NCBI GenBank assembly: GCA_963821525.1
Contig: CAWGED010000004.1
Location: forward strand, 288,001-352,000
Direction: 5' to 3'
DNA: 64,000 nucleotides
DNA from: an uncultured Gemmatimonadales bacterium
GTDB taxonomy: Bacteria > Gemmatimonadota > Gemmatimonadetes > Gemmatimonadales > GWC2-71-9
In this document: piece after piece, positions 46,408 through 56,447 of the stretch
How the letters are laid out: each line of letters starts with the position of its first letter
Numbering within the stretch: the stretch's first letter is position 1
The notes under the pieces: generated by a model
Told to the model about the DNA's origin: nothing
Databases searched by the model: none
What the model saw: only the letters and a program-made list of their open reading frames with translations
Position numbers and translations under genes: made by a program

Positions 46408-47796
46408 ATGGATGATCTTCCAGCTGGGCCAACCGCAGAAACTTTCGAGCAAGATCTCGGTGACCTCGTTAGTCAGGTGAGGGCGCACCCCGGCGACCAC
46501 GCCGCCTTTGCCACGGCACTCGACAGGGTCGCGGACAGGGTAGCAAGTGCCCCGGCCATACTCGAGGCCGGCATCGAGAACAGCTGGTCTCTCGATGGGG
46601 ACGACCTCAGGGGACGGCTGCTTGCCCGCGGAGTGGACGCGATTCGGGTCGCGGCGGGAGCCAATCGGGATGATCTCTTGGCCCTGGCTCGGGCGCTGGC
46701 CGAGGACGACGGGCCCCTTCCCAGCACGCCCGGCGTCCAGGTTGATCTGATTCCGACCCTGGGCCAGATACTCGGTACCGCACAGGGAGCTGACGGCGAG
46801 TTCATTCCTGAGCGGAGTTTCCCGCGCGGTATACCCCCCTTATTCGCCAAGCGTATCCGTCGCGGCGATCGCTTGGCCGCTACCCTGGTTCAGCTGCTCG
46901 ACCTGGTTCAGGCTTCGGTGCGGCGTAGAGCCTGGCTCGACGTGCTGCACAACGCCCAGGCGGTGCTTCGTCTCCACCCCGGAATCCCGGAGGGGGAGCG
47001 GCGCGGATACATCATTGCGCTTCGTGGCATCCTGACCCGCCCGGTGCTGCAGGCGCTGATCGAGCAGGCGTATCGGGTCACTGAGGAGCAGGCGCGGACG
47101 GTCGAACTGTTGCGGTTGGCCGGTCTGGATGCCGCGGAGTTGATCCTGGAAAATCTTCGTGCGGCGGAGGCAGTCGGGCCCCGAGCATTCCTGCTCGATG
47201 CGCTGGGAGGCATGCCGGATGCCTATTCTCTTGTCGTTGCCCTGCTCTCCAATGAGCGCTGGAGCGATCTCCGGCTCGCGGCCGACGTCCTGGGTCGCAT
47301 GGGCAACGCCCGCGCGATCCCCCCGTTGGTTGCCCGGGCAAATCACCCCGACGAACGGGTTCGGCTGGCGGTCATCGACGCGCTGGCCCGATTCCGCGAC
47401 AAACGAGTAGTCGACGGACTGCGCCAGCTGCTGAACCATCCCTCCCCGCGGACCCGGGCGCACGCGGGCAAGGCGCTGGCCGGCCGCCACTCCGGCGCCA
47501 TCGCGATGCCGCTTCTCGCCGCTCTCGATCAGGAAAAGGATCACACAGTGCGGATGGAGCTGCTTCAGGCGCTCGCCGGAATCGATGCGCCGGAGGCCCG
47601 GGCCGTACTGGTCAAGGTTGCGACCGAGCGGCGTGGGCTACTGGGCCGCGGCCGCCCGACGTCGGAGCGACTCGAAGTGGTAAGTGCGCTTGCCAATGCC
47701 AGGACCGAGGCTTCGCGACAGGCCCTCTCCCGGATCGCTGCTGAGGCTGACGGGCAGGTGCGGGACGCAGCGGTTCAGGCTCTGGGCCCTCGTTAG
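46408..47796 (+). CDS. HEAT-repeat protein
   Basis: DERVRLAVIDAL, SPRTRAHAGKAL, DGQVRDAAVQAL. Confidence 0.85.
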   Translation: MDDLPAGPTAETFEQDLGDLVSQVRAHPGDHAAFATALDRVADRVASAPAILEAGIENSWSLDGDDLRGRLLARGVDAIRVAAGANRDDLLALARALAEDDGPLPSTPGVQVDLIPTLGQILGTAQGADGEFIPERSFPRGIPPLFAKRIRRGDRLAATLVQLLDLVQASVRRRAWLDVLHNAQAVLRLHPGIPEGERRGYIIALRGILTRPVLQALIEQAYRVTEEQARTVELLRLAGLDAAELILENLRAAEAVGPRAFLLDALGGMPDAYSLVVALLSNERWSDLRLAADVLGRMGNARAIPPLVARANHPDERVRLAVIDALARFRDKRVVDGLRQLLNHPSPRTRAHAGKALAGRHSGAIAMPLLAALDQEKDHTVRMELLQALAGIDAPEARAVLVKVATERRGLLGRGRPTSERLEVVSALANARTEASRQALSRIAAEADGQVRDAAVQALGPR

Positions 47797-47800
47797 CTTC

Positions 47801-47853
47801 CCCGTCCGCCCGTCCGCCCTGTCTCGCCTGTCCCGCCTTCCCGCCCTCCCCTC
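47801..47853. repeat. Degenerate 8-9 nt pyrimidine-rich array between convergent stops
   Basis: CCCGTCCG CCCGTCCG CCCTGTCTCG CCTGTCCCG CCTTCCCG. Confidence 0.6.
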
Positions 47854-48501
47854 TCACATCCTCCCAATATCCAGATTCTCCACGTGCACACTCAGGTTGT
47901 GATTCATTCTCAGTCCCACGATTCCATCGGTATCCACGCTGTCTGCGGCGACTGAGTAGACGACCTGCCCGTTGACCAGGAAACTCACCTTTCCCTTAAC
48001 AACTTGCAGGGCAAGGTTGTTGGCCACCGAACCGTCGCTCGACACCATCTTGACCACCGGACTCGGCGTCCAGCCCTTGGTGAGGTCACTGGTCTCCGCA
48101 CCATTCCGCCGCTTCACCTTGAAGGTGCCGTCGCCCCGGATCAGGAAGTAGGTGTAGCGCTCACCCTTCCCATCCAGATTCTGCCCACCGATGAACAATC
48201 CGAAGGCTTCCTCGTGCGATCCCTTGCTGGGAAACAGGTGCATCTGGGACCTCACGCTGTACTGGGTCTTGGCCTGGTCAACCGGGCGGTAGATAATGGT
48301 CGAGCTGCCGGTCGTGACGTGCCAGCCGGGAGGCATTGCCTCGAACTTCACCGTGGTGGCGGGGGCATTTTCGTCGGTGCGGACCATCCAGCCGGGAGGA
48401 AACTTCCCACCCCCGTCGATCGCCATGCTGTGATCATGTTCCTGGGCATTGAGCGTCGTGGCGAGGAAGCTGCTGATCAGGACTGCGGTCATGGCGCGCA
48501 T
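47854..48501 (-). CDS. Exported beta-sandwich (ConA-like) hypothetical protein
   Basis: Signal peptide; EAFGLFIGG, YFLIRGDG, VSFLVNG, GIVGLR. Confidence 0.65.
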   Translation of the reverse strand: MRAMTAVLISSFLATTLNAQEHDHSMAIDGGGKFPPGWMVRTDENAPATTVKFEAMPPGWHVTTGSSTIIYRPVDQAKTQYSVRSQMHLFPSKGSHEEAFGLFIGGQNLDGKGERYTYFLIRGDGTFKVKRRNGAETSDLTKGWTPSPVVKMVSSDGSVANNLALQVVKGKVSFLVNGQVVYSVAADSVDTDGIVGLRMNHNLSVHVENLDIGRM

Positions 48502-48606
48502 GGCTGGTCTCACTGAGGGCACGGTGGGTGGTGGGTCTGAATGTTGAATCCTCGCCGGGAACCGGCTAAGCTATGTCTCGGCTCAAGCCCTGATCCGGGA
48601 GTGACG

Positions 48607-48792
48607 ATGGAAATCCTCGGTCGCATTTTCGCCGCTATCGGTGCCGGTGGCGTGCTCATGGCCCTGACCTTCGTGTCGCTGCTTATCGGTGTCCTGATCC
48701 ACGGGATGATCCTGCTGATGGCGGGAAAGCCGATCGACGACTACCTACGCAAGAAGGGCCACGAGGTTTTCGAACCGGGGAACCTCAAGTAG
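48607..48792 (+). CDS. Small membrane protein (61 aa)
   Basis: GGAG RBS, long hydrophobic segment, charged tail. Confidence 0.55.
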   Translation: MEILGRIFAAIGAGGVLMALTFVSLLIGVLIHGMILLMAGKPIDDYLRKKGHEVFEPGNLK

Positions 48793-49159
48793 TCGGCTTC
48801 TCCTCCGCACTCGCGCCACCCGCGCCACCCTCCGCACTCGCCGCCTTTACCGCCGCGTCGTAGTTGATTTTCAGGCTTCCAAACAGCTCCCGGAGTCCCC
48901 GGATCTTCATCTGCTGCCCGCCGCCGCGGCGCGCCATGGTACTCATCAGGCCGGCGGTTTCGGCCAAACCATTGAGGCTCATCTGACCGGCCCCCGACTT
49001 GATTTCATCCAGGGTGCGGCCGAAGGAACGCACCACGCTCTCGTCGGCTTGCATGTTGGCCATGAGCTCGATGGTGCTGTGGATTTTCTGGAACTTCGGG
49101 GTTAGTCCCTGGAGGTAGGCGAGTTGTGCCTGCTGGCGCGCATTCAGTTTGACTCCCAT
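48785..49159 (-). CDS. Hypothetical helical protein, HPt-like without the His
   Basis: RTLDEIKSGAG..LAETAGLM. Confidence 0.7.
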   Translation of the reverse strand: MGVKLNARQQAQLAYLQGLTPKFQKIHSTIELMANMQADESVVRSFGRTLDEIKSGAGQMSLNGLAETAGLMSTMARRGGGQQMKIRGLRELFGSLKINYDAAVKAASAEGGAGGASAEEKPTT

Positions 49160-49290
49160 GGTTGAACAATAGTACGTTGATCCCCTCGCGTGAAACCTGC
49201 TGGACTCCGCAACGTCAGGCAGTCGTTCCGCGTCCCAAGTAGCTCGTTCGGCCCCCGGCCGTCTCCTCCATTACGAAGTGTGGTGATCCG

Positions 49291-52200
49291 ATGAAGCTGT
49301 CGGATGTGTCCATCAGGCGCCCGGTGCTCACCAGCATGCTGAGTGTCGGGCTGGTCGTCTTCGGTATCATCGGGTATACCCGCCTTCCGGTGCGGGACTA
49401 CCCGGACATCGATCCGCCCATCATATCGGTCACGACCGTGTTGCCCGGAGCCGATCCTCAGGTGGTGGAATCGGCGGTTACCGACGTCCTGGAAGAGGAG
49501 TTAAGCACGGTCGCCGGACTGCGGACTCTGACCAGCTCGAGCGGCGAGCAGCTCAGCAACATCACCCTCGAGTTCACCCTCGATAAGAACGTCGACGTGG
49601 TGTCCCAGGACGTCCGGGACAAGGTCTCCCGGGTCCGCGGCCGACTGCCGCGGGACATCGAAGAGCCGGTGGTCGCCAAGCAGGAAGCGGACGCCCAGCC
49701 GTTCTACTGGATGGCGCTCTCGGGGGCCAACTATGACCTCTTACAGCTTTCTGACATTGCCGATCGGCGGGTAAAGGCCCGGCTGCAGAGCCTCTCCGGC
49801 GTGGGCAGTGCCCAGATCTTCGGCGAGCGGCGTTTCTCCATGCGGGTCTGGCTCTCGGCGCCAGAAATGGCGGCCCGCGGGCTGACGGTGCAGGACGTCG
49901 AATCCGCCATTCAGAGCCGTAACGTCGAGGTCCCGGCCGGCCGGATCGAATCCGATCGTCGGGAGTTCTCGGTCCGCTCTCTCGGCGAGCTCAAGACGCC
50001 GCTCGAGTTCGAGGACCTGGTGGTCACCGACCAGGGCGGCCAGCCGGTCCGGCTCAAGGATCTGGGCCGCGTGGAGCTGGGACCTCAGGACGACCGCAGC
50101 GTGCTTCGATTCAAGGGGAACTCGGCCGTCGCCATCGGGGTGGTGCGGCAGTCCAAGGCCAACCTGATCCAGGTCGCCAAGGAAATCCGGAACGAATTGC
50201 CGGCGATCCAGGCCTCGCTGCCCCCGGGTGTCGCCATCGAGACGGCGTTCGACGGCTCGGAATTCGTAACTCGCTCGATCAGTGAGGCGCAGGACACGCT
50301 GCTGATCGCGGCGGTACTGGTGATCATCATCATCTTCGTCTTCCTGAGAAATCTCCGGGCCACGATCATCCCGGGTCTGGCGATTCCTACGTCAATCATC
50401 GCGACCTTCGCGGTGATGTATTTCCTCGGCTTCTCCATCAATAACCTGACTCTGCTGGCTCTGACCCTGGCCATCGGCATCGTGGTGGATGACGCGATCA
50501 TCGTGCTGGAGAACGCCTACCGTCACCAGGAAGAGCTGCACGAATCGCCCGAAGTGGCGGCGACCAACGGCACCCGGGAAATCGCCTTTGCGGTGATCGC
50601 GACTACGATCTCACTGGTGGCGGTCTTTACCCCGCTCGCCTTCCTGCAGGGTAACACCGGGCGATTGTTCAACGAATTCGGCATCGCGGTGGCGGGGTCG
50701 GTAATGATCTCGGGCTTCGTGGCCCTGACCCTCACCCCGATGCTGTGCGCCAAAATCCTCCGGGTGCCGGAGCGGCACGGCGTCCTGTACCAGGTGTTCG
50801 AAAATGGGTTTCGCAAGCTGTCCGAGGGTTACACCAGTTCCCTGGCGTGGGCCCTACGCTACCGCCTGGTCGTAGTCCTGGGTGCGTTCGTCATAGCGGG
50901 GATGGCCTGGGTGCTCTTCAATAGCCTCAAGCGGGAATTCATTCCGGCGGACGATCAGGGATGGTTCATGACGGCGACCATCGCCCCGGAGGGCTCGTCA
51001 CTGTCGTTCACCGACGGATACCAGAAGCAGGTAGAGCAGATCATTTCCAAGGTGCCGGAGGTCGAGAGCTACTTCGGGGTGGTGAACTTCGGCGGCGGAG
51101 TGAACAACGGTCTGGTGTTCACCAAGCTCAAGGACTACAAGGACCGCAAGCGCACCGTGGAGCAGATCATCGGCGAGGTGCAGCCCCAGTTCTTCGGCGT
51201 TGCCGGCCTTTTCGCCTTCGCCTTCAACCCCCCGGCGATCGGCGGGTTCGGGAAGCCGGTGCAGTTCGTGGTGCAGAATCCCGACTACGATGTGCTGGGC
51301 GCCACCATGGACACATTCGTCACCCGGGCGCGGCAGATTCCCGGGCTGGTCAACATCGATACCGATCTCCGGGTCAACAAGCCGCAATTAACTATCCATT
51401 TCGACCGTGACCGGGCCGAGGATCTCGGCGTGCCGGTCGAGGCGATCGCCAGCACGCTGCAGACCATGCTGGGGGGCCGCAAGGTCAGCACCTTTACCCG
51501 GGAGAACAAGTTGTACGACGTAATGGTGCAGCTCGATCCGACCGAACGCTCTACCCCGTTGGATATTTCCGGCCTCTATGTCCGGGGCCGGAATGATCAG
51601 CTGGTCCAGCTCTCCGCGGTGACTCGGGTGGACGAGGGCGTCGGGCCGAAACAGCTCAACCACTACAACCGGATCGCCAACTTCACGATGGATGCGAGCC
51701 TGGCGCCCGGCTTTACCCTGGGAGAAGCGATCGACTCACTGAACAACCTGGCCAGGGAAGTCCTGCCGCGCGGCAGCACCACCGCTCTCGCCGGCGAGTC
51801 GCGAGAGCTGGAAGAGAGCGGGGGATCGCTCTATTTCGCGTTCATGCTGGCGCTGCTGGTGGTGTTCATGGTACTGGCCTCGCAGTTCGAGTCGCTCCTG
51901 CATCCCTTCACTGTGCTCCTGGCTGTGCCGCTCGCGGTGACGGGCGCACTCATCGTGCTGAAGCTGGCGGGATCCACCATCAATCTTTACAGCCAGATCG
52001 GCATGATCCTGCTGATCGGGCTGGTCACCAAGAACTCGATTCTGCTGGTGGAATACGCCAACCAGCTCCAGGAGAAAGGGCTGACCCCGGTGGAGGCAAT
52101 GCTCGAAGCGGGCCGCATTCGGCTGCGGCCCATCCTCATGACCTCGGTGGCGACCATTACCAGCGCGGTGCCGATCGCGCTGGGTCTCGGCGCCGGCTCG

Positions 52201-52362
52201 ATCAGTCGGCGTCCGCTGGGCTACGCCATCGTCGGAGGCGTGTTCTTCTCCACCGCTCTCACACTCTACCTCGTGCCCGTCGTCTACACCCTGCTCGATC
52301 GACTCCGCCACCGGAAGGAAGCCGAGGTTCCGGCGGTGGCTCCGCTCGAGGAGGTGTCGTGA
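49291..52362 (+). CDS. RND efflux transporter (AcrB family)
   Basis: SIRRPV, GIVVDDAI, GLVTKNSILLVE, RLRPILMT. Confidence 0.97.
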   Translation: MKLSDVSIRRPVLTSMLSVGLVVFGIIGYTRLPVRDYPDIDPPIISVTTVLPGADPQVVESAVTDVLEEELSTVAGLRTLTSSSGEQLSNITLEFTLDKNVDVVSQDVRDKVSRVRGRLPRDIEEPVVAKQEADAQPFYWMALSGANYDLLQLSDIADRRVKARLQSLSGVGSAQIFGERRFSMRVWLSAPEMAARGLTVQDVESAIQSRNVEVPAGRIESDRREFSVRSLGELKTPLEFEDLVVTDQGGQPVRLKDLGRVELGPQDDRSVLRFKGNSAVAIGVVRQSKANLIQVAKEIRNELPAIQASLPPGVAIETAFDGSEFVTRSISEAQDTLLIAAVLVIIIIFVFLRNLRATIIPGLAIPTSIIATFAVMYFLGFSINNLTLLALTLAIGIVVDDAIIVLENAYRHQEELHESPEVAATNGTREIAFAVIATTISLVAVFTPLAFLQGNTGRLFNEFGIAVAGSVMISGFVALTLTPMLCAKILRVPERHGVLYQVFENGFRKLSEGYTSSLAWALRYRLVVVLGAFVIAGMAWVLFNSLKREFIPADDQGWFMTATIAPEGSSLSFTDGYQKQVEQIISKVPEVESYFGVVNFGGGVNNGLVFTKLKDYKDRKRTVEQIIGEVQPQFFGVAGLFAFAFNPPAIGGFGKPVQFVVQNPDYDVLGATMDTFVTRARQIPGLVNIDTDLRVNKPQLTIHFDRDRAEDLGVPVEAIASTLQTMLGGRKVSTFTRENKLYDVMVQLDPTERSTPLDISGLYVRGRNDQLVQLSAVTRVDEGVGPKQLNHYNRIANFTMDASLAPGFTLGEAIDSLNNLAREVLPRGSTTALAGESRELEESGGSLYFAFMLALLVVFMVLASQFESLLHPFTVLLAVPLAVTGALIVLKLAGSTINLYSQIGMILLIGLVTKNSILLVEYANQLQEKGLTPVEAMLEAGRIRLRPILMTSVATITSAVPIALGLGAGSISRRPLGYAIVGGVFFSTALTLYLVPVVYTLLDRLRHRKEAEVPAVAPLEEVS

Positions 52363-53645
52363 TCCTGCCGCTGCTGCTCCTGCTTCAGGCCGCGCCGGTA
52401 GCCCAGGATTCGATCCCCCGCGTCACTCTGCGGGAGGCCCTGCAGCGCTCCGTCCAGCTGAATCCCGACTACGTACAGGCCCTGGGCTTCGCCAATGAAG
52501 CGGAATGGGCCCGGACCGCCGCCCGGATCGCCTTCGTCCTGCCGTCGGTATCGGTGAGTCTCGACATCACCAAGTACTCGCAGCCGTTCTTCAACTTGGG
52601 CACCGGCGGACTTCAGTCGACGTCGGTCGTGTTCCAGGCCAATGCGCGTTATGAGTTGTCGGTCCGGAAATTCACCGATCTCTCCCGAACCAGCGCCGAG
52701 CTCGAATCGGCTACGGCGTCCGAGATGCAGCGCCGATTCGCTGCGGCGATGCTGACCGAGGCCGCGTACTACGACGTGCTGGCCCAGGGGGAGCTCACCC
52801 GGGTTGCCAGGGAGCGGATGGACCGAGCCAGTGAGCAGTTGGGAGTAGCCCGCGCCCGGGTAGAAACTGGTGCGGCGGTGCAGACCGACTCGCTCGAAGC
52901 GCGGCTCGAATTCACCCGCTCTCGCGTCGGAGTGCGGCTCCGGGAGACCGCCCTGACGGTGGCCCGGCTCGAGTTGGGCCGCCGCGTCGGGCTGCCTGGA
53001 CCCGCCGACGCGGAGCCGTTGGACACGTTGCGGGCACCCGACCTTCCGATCACGCTGGCCGACGCAATCAGCCGCGCCCTCGAGCAGGGGCCGGATTATC
53101 GCGTGGCCCGGGCCAATGAAAGGGCGGCGAAGGCGTTCCTCAAAGGACAGCGGGGCGCCTACCTGCCCGTCATCGCGCTGGACGCCAACCACGCCCGGTT
53201 CGACACCAAGGTGTTTCCCAGCGCGGCGAATTTCTCCTCGCTGAACCTGGGCATCAGCCTGCCGATCTGGGACAACGGACAACGCGAGCTGGCGATCAAG
53301 CAGGCTCGCACCCAGAGTGAGGTCGCCCGCGCGGTACGGAATGATCTCGAGCGGGCCGCGGCGCGGGACGTGACCTTCGCATATGAGGGATACGAAACCG
53401 CGCGCTTCACCACCGATCTTGCCGCGGAAGCCGTTGCTGTCGCCCAGGAAAACTACCGGGTGCAGGATGTCCGCTATCGTGCCGGCGCCAGCACCATTAT
53501 CGACCTGTTGAGCGCCCAGAATGGTTTGAGCGATGCCGAGGCGGTGCTGGTCCAGGCCCGCTACGCCAACCTGCTGGCGCTCGCCGGACTCGAGAGTATC
53601 CTGGGCCAGCGGTTGTTCCCGGAGCGACTTGGAGAAGGCTTGTGA
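52359..53645 (+). CDS. TolC family outer-membrane protein
   Basis: TLREAL, SLPIWDNG, RYRAGASTIIDLL; GTGA overlap. Confidence 0.9.
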   Translation: MILPLLLLLQAAPVAQDSIPRVTLREALQRSVQLNPDYVQALGFANEAEWARTAARIAFVLPSVSVSLDITKYSQPFFNLGTGGLQSTSVVFQANARYELSVRKFTDLSRTSAELESATASEMQRRFAAAMLTEAAYYDVLAQGELTRVARERMDRASEQLGVARARVETGAAVQTDSLEARLEFTRSRVGVRLRETALTVARLELGRRVGLPGPADAEPLDTLRAPDLPITLADAISRALEQGPDYRVARANERAAKAFLKGQRGAYLPVIALDANHARFDTKVFPSAANFSSLNLGISLPIWDNGQRELAIKQARTQSEVARAVRNDLERAAARDVTFAYEGYETARFTTDLAAEAVAVAQENYRVQDVRYRAGASTIIDLLSAQNGLSDAEAVLVQARYANLLALAGLESILGQRLFPERLGEGL

Positions 53646-54757
53646 TGCACCTCCTCCTGGTGCCCTTCCTGGTGCTGACCCTGCTGGCGTGCACCAAGAA
53701 GACCGACGCCGCGGGGAATGGAGGTCCTGGCGCTGGTGGCGGCGCTCCAGCGATGCCGGTGGAGACGGCCGTGGCGAAGCAGGACACGGTGGTTGATGCC
53801 ATCAGCGCCACCGGGCAAGTCGAGCCGGTACAGCAGATCGAGCTCCGCGCTGAGGCTGAGGGACGATTGGTCGAGATCCTGGTGCGGGAAGGTTCCGAAG
53901 TGGCCCAGGGACAGCCGCTATTTCGCATCGACGACCAGGAGCTGAAAGCCGAAGTCGCGCGGGCCGAAGCCGATCGTGACCTCGCGAACCAGTCCCTGGC
54001 CCGGGCCCAGCAGCTCACCGAGCAGAACGCATCATCTGCGGCCGACCTGGAACGCGCCGAGGCAACGGCTCGAATGAGCCAGGCTCAGCTCGATCTGCTG
54101 AAAGTTCGCCTCGCGCGCACCACGGTGCGGGCCCCGTTCGGCGGAATCTCGGGGCAGCGGTTTGTCAGTCTGGGCGACTATGTGACCACCAGCGACACGC
54201 TGGCGACTCTGCAAACGGTGAATCCCCAGCGCATCGCCTTTGCGGTGCCGGAGCGGTACGCCAGTCGATTGGGGCGCGGCCAGCGGGTCGTGTTCCGGGT
54301 CGCGTCGCTCTCTGGGCAGGAATTCCAGGGCACCGTGGATTTCGTGGACCCGGTGGTCAAGCTGCCTGCGCGCACCATTCTGGTCAAGGCGCTGGTCCCC
54401 AACGGGCGCCGTCAGCTCCAAGCCGGCATGTTCGTCGAAGTCCGCCTCGCGACCGACGTCCGGCCCAAGGCCGTCGTCGTTCCCGAAGACGCCATCGTCC
54501 CGCTGCAGCGCGCGTACTATGTCTGGGTCATCAGCGATGGCAAAGCCACCCGGCGCGAGGTTGAGATCGGTGTCCGCTCACCGGGTTTCGTCGAGATCAA
54601 GAGCGGCGTTCAGGCCGGTGAACAAGTGGTGGTCGGGGGACAGGAGCGTCTCGCCGAAGGCGCCCCCGTCATGGCGACGGTTGTCGAGCGCGGTCCGGTC
54701 ACTCCGGGAGATAGCGGCGGACCGGTCACCAAAGTGGACAGCAGCGGAAAGGACTGA
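53642..54757 (+). CDS. RND periplasmic adaptor (lipoprotein)
   Basis: LLAC; VRAPFGG, VPEDAIV, GEQVVVGG. Confidence 0.92.
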   Translation: MMHLLLVPFLVLTLLACTKKTDAAGNGGPGAGGGAPAMPVETAVAKQDTVVDAISATGQVEPVQQIELRAEAEGRLVEILVREGSEVAQGQPLFRIDDQELKAEVARAEADRDLANQSLARAQQLTEQNASSAADLERAEATARMSQAQLDLLKVRLARTTVRAPFGGISGQRFVSLGDYVTTSDTLATLQTVNPQRIAFAVPERYASRLGRGQRVVFRVASLSGQEFQGTVDFVDPVVKLPARTILVKALVPNGRRQLQAGMFVEVRLATDVRPKAVVVPEDAIVPLQRAYYVWVISDGKATRREVEIGVRSPGFVEIKSGVQAGEQVVVGGQERLAEGAPVMATVVERGPVTPGDSGGPVTKVDSSGKD

Positions 54758-54781
54758 CGGCTGGGCAAGTCACGAAGCGCA

Positions 54782-56353
54782 TTGAGCTGGATGGTGCTGG
54801 GGGCGGTGCTCGTCGGCTCGCCGCTCGCCGCACAGACCACGCGCCCGGAGCGCACTCAGTTCCGCGAGACCTCGACCCACGCGGATGTTCTGGCTTTTCT
54901 CGATTCGCTCCAGAGACTCGGCGCGGGCCTTCGGATCGGGACCCTGGGCTCGAGTCCCCAGGGACGGCGAATCCCCTACGTGATCGCCGCCCGGCCGATG
55001 GTGGATTCTCCCGGCTCGGCCCACCGCAGCGGCAAACCCATCCTGTACATCCAAGGCAACATCCACGCCGGTGAAGTCGAAGGAAAAGAAGCGGCGCAGA
55101 TGCTGCTGCGTGACCTCACGCTCGGTAACCTCCGTCCCCTGCTCGACAGCGTCATCCTGCTGGTGGTCCCGATCTACAATGCCGACGGCAACGATGACCT
55201 TGCCCCCGGGGAGAAGAACCGCCCGGGACAGAATGGTCCCGCCATCGTGGGCCGCAACACCAACGGCCAGGGTCTCAACCTCAACCGCGACTATGTGAAG
55301 CTCGAGGCCCCCGAGACTCGCGGGGCGCTGGCTCTCCTCGCGGAGTGGGAGCCCGATTTCTTCATCGATCTCCACACTACCAACGGCAGCTATCACGGCT
55401 ACGCCCTCACCTACGCGCCCGGTCTCAATCCCAACAGTGGCCCAGCCAACGACTACGTGCGCGATCATTTCCTCCCGCTGATCAGAGAGCGGCTGCGCAA
55501 GCGCCACCGGGAGGAGACTTTCTGGTACGGCAACTTCCGCAATCAGAATCCCGATTCCCTGGTTCAAGGCTGGGAGACATACGATCCCCGGCCCCGGTTC
55601 GGCACCAACGCCTGGGGCTTGAAGGGACGCCTGGCGATTCTCAGCGAGGGCTACAGCAACGCGCCGTTCAAGGACCGTATCGAGGCGACCTACAACTTCG
55701 TGCGGGAAGTCCTGGCTCTCGCGGCTGAAGAGCGAACCCGGGTGCGAGCGGTGGTCGAAGCGGCGGATGAGTGGCTGCCCGACTCGGTCACTCTGCACTC
55801 CGTGCTGGGGCCGCCCACCCCGCAGGATGTGATTGCGGAAATCACCCAGCCGGATGGAGAAGGAAACGACGGTTTCGCGCGGCGCAAGCGAAGCGGTGTC
55901 TTCAAGACGATCCGGATGCCGGTCTTCGACCGCTTCGTCCCGGCTTTACGCGAGGTCAGGCCCGCCGCCTACCTGGTTCCGCCGGAGCATGCCGACCTGA
56001 TCGCTATGCTTCGTGCCCAGGGCGTCATCGTCTTCCGCGCCGGCGCATGGCGAGGCCCCGCGGAGCGGTTCACCGTGGACAGCGTGAACCTGACGACCAC
56101 CGTCTTCGAAGGCCACCGGGCGGTCGGCCTGCTCGGCCGCTGGGCTTCTGGCGAGGTCACCATGCCGGAAGGCTGGTTCTATGTTCCCACGTCCCAACGT
56201 CTTGGCGTCTTCGCCAGCTACATGCTGGAACCGATGAGCGAAGATGGCTTCGTGACCTGGAACTTCCTCGACCGGGATGTTGCGGTCGGTGCCATGTTCC
56301 CAGTGGCCCGACTCCGGCAACCGCTGGTGGCCCCGATGGAGCTGGTGCCATAG
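54782..56353 (+). CDS. M14 zinc carboxypeptidase family, exported
   Basis: NIHAGEVEG, NADG, NLNRD, DLHTTNG. Confidence 0.9.
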   Translation: MSWMVLGAVLVGSPLAAQTTRPERTQFRETSTHADVLAFLDSLQRLGAGLRIGTLGSSPQGRRIPYVIAARPMVDSPGSAHRSGKPILYIQGNIHAGEVEGKEAAQMLLRDLTLGNLRPLLDSVILLVVPIYNADGNDDLAPGEKNRPGQNGPAIVGRNTNGQGLNLNRDYVKLEAPETRGALALLAEWEPDFFIDLHTTNGSYHGYALTYAPGLNPNSGPANDYVRDHFLPLIRERLRKRHREETFWYGNFRNQNPDSLVQGWETYDPRPRFGTNAWGLKGRLAILSEGYSNAPFKDRIEATYNFVREVLALAAEERTRVRAVVEAADEWLPDSVTLHSVLGPPTPQDVIAEITQPDGEGNDGFARRKRSGVFKTIRMPVFDRFVPALREVRPAAYLVPPEHADLIAMLRAQGVIVFRAGAWRGPAERFTVDSVNLTTTVFEGHRAVGLLGRWASGEVTMPEGWFYVPTSQRLGVFASYMLEPMSEDGFVTWNFLDRDVAVGAMFPVARLRQPLVAPMELVP

Positions 56354-56417
56354 CTTGGAGCCGTCAGCCCCAACTCGGAACTCGGACTCGGTACTAGGTA
56401 CTAGGTACTAGGTACTC
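56352..56417 (+). repeat. Heptamer arrays AGCYNNN x3, AACTCGG x2-3, TACTAGG x3
   Basis: Begins at the M14 TAG; the unit drifts along the array. Confidence 0.88.
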
Positions 56418-56447
56418 CCCACTCAGTCCTTTCTCCCTCGTCACTTT

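Noticed and set aside
49291..54757. RND-TolC-MFP gene order
   Set aside because: Order varies commonly among RND operons
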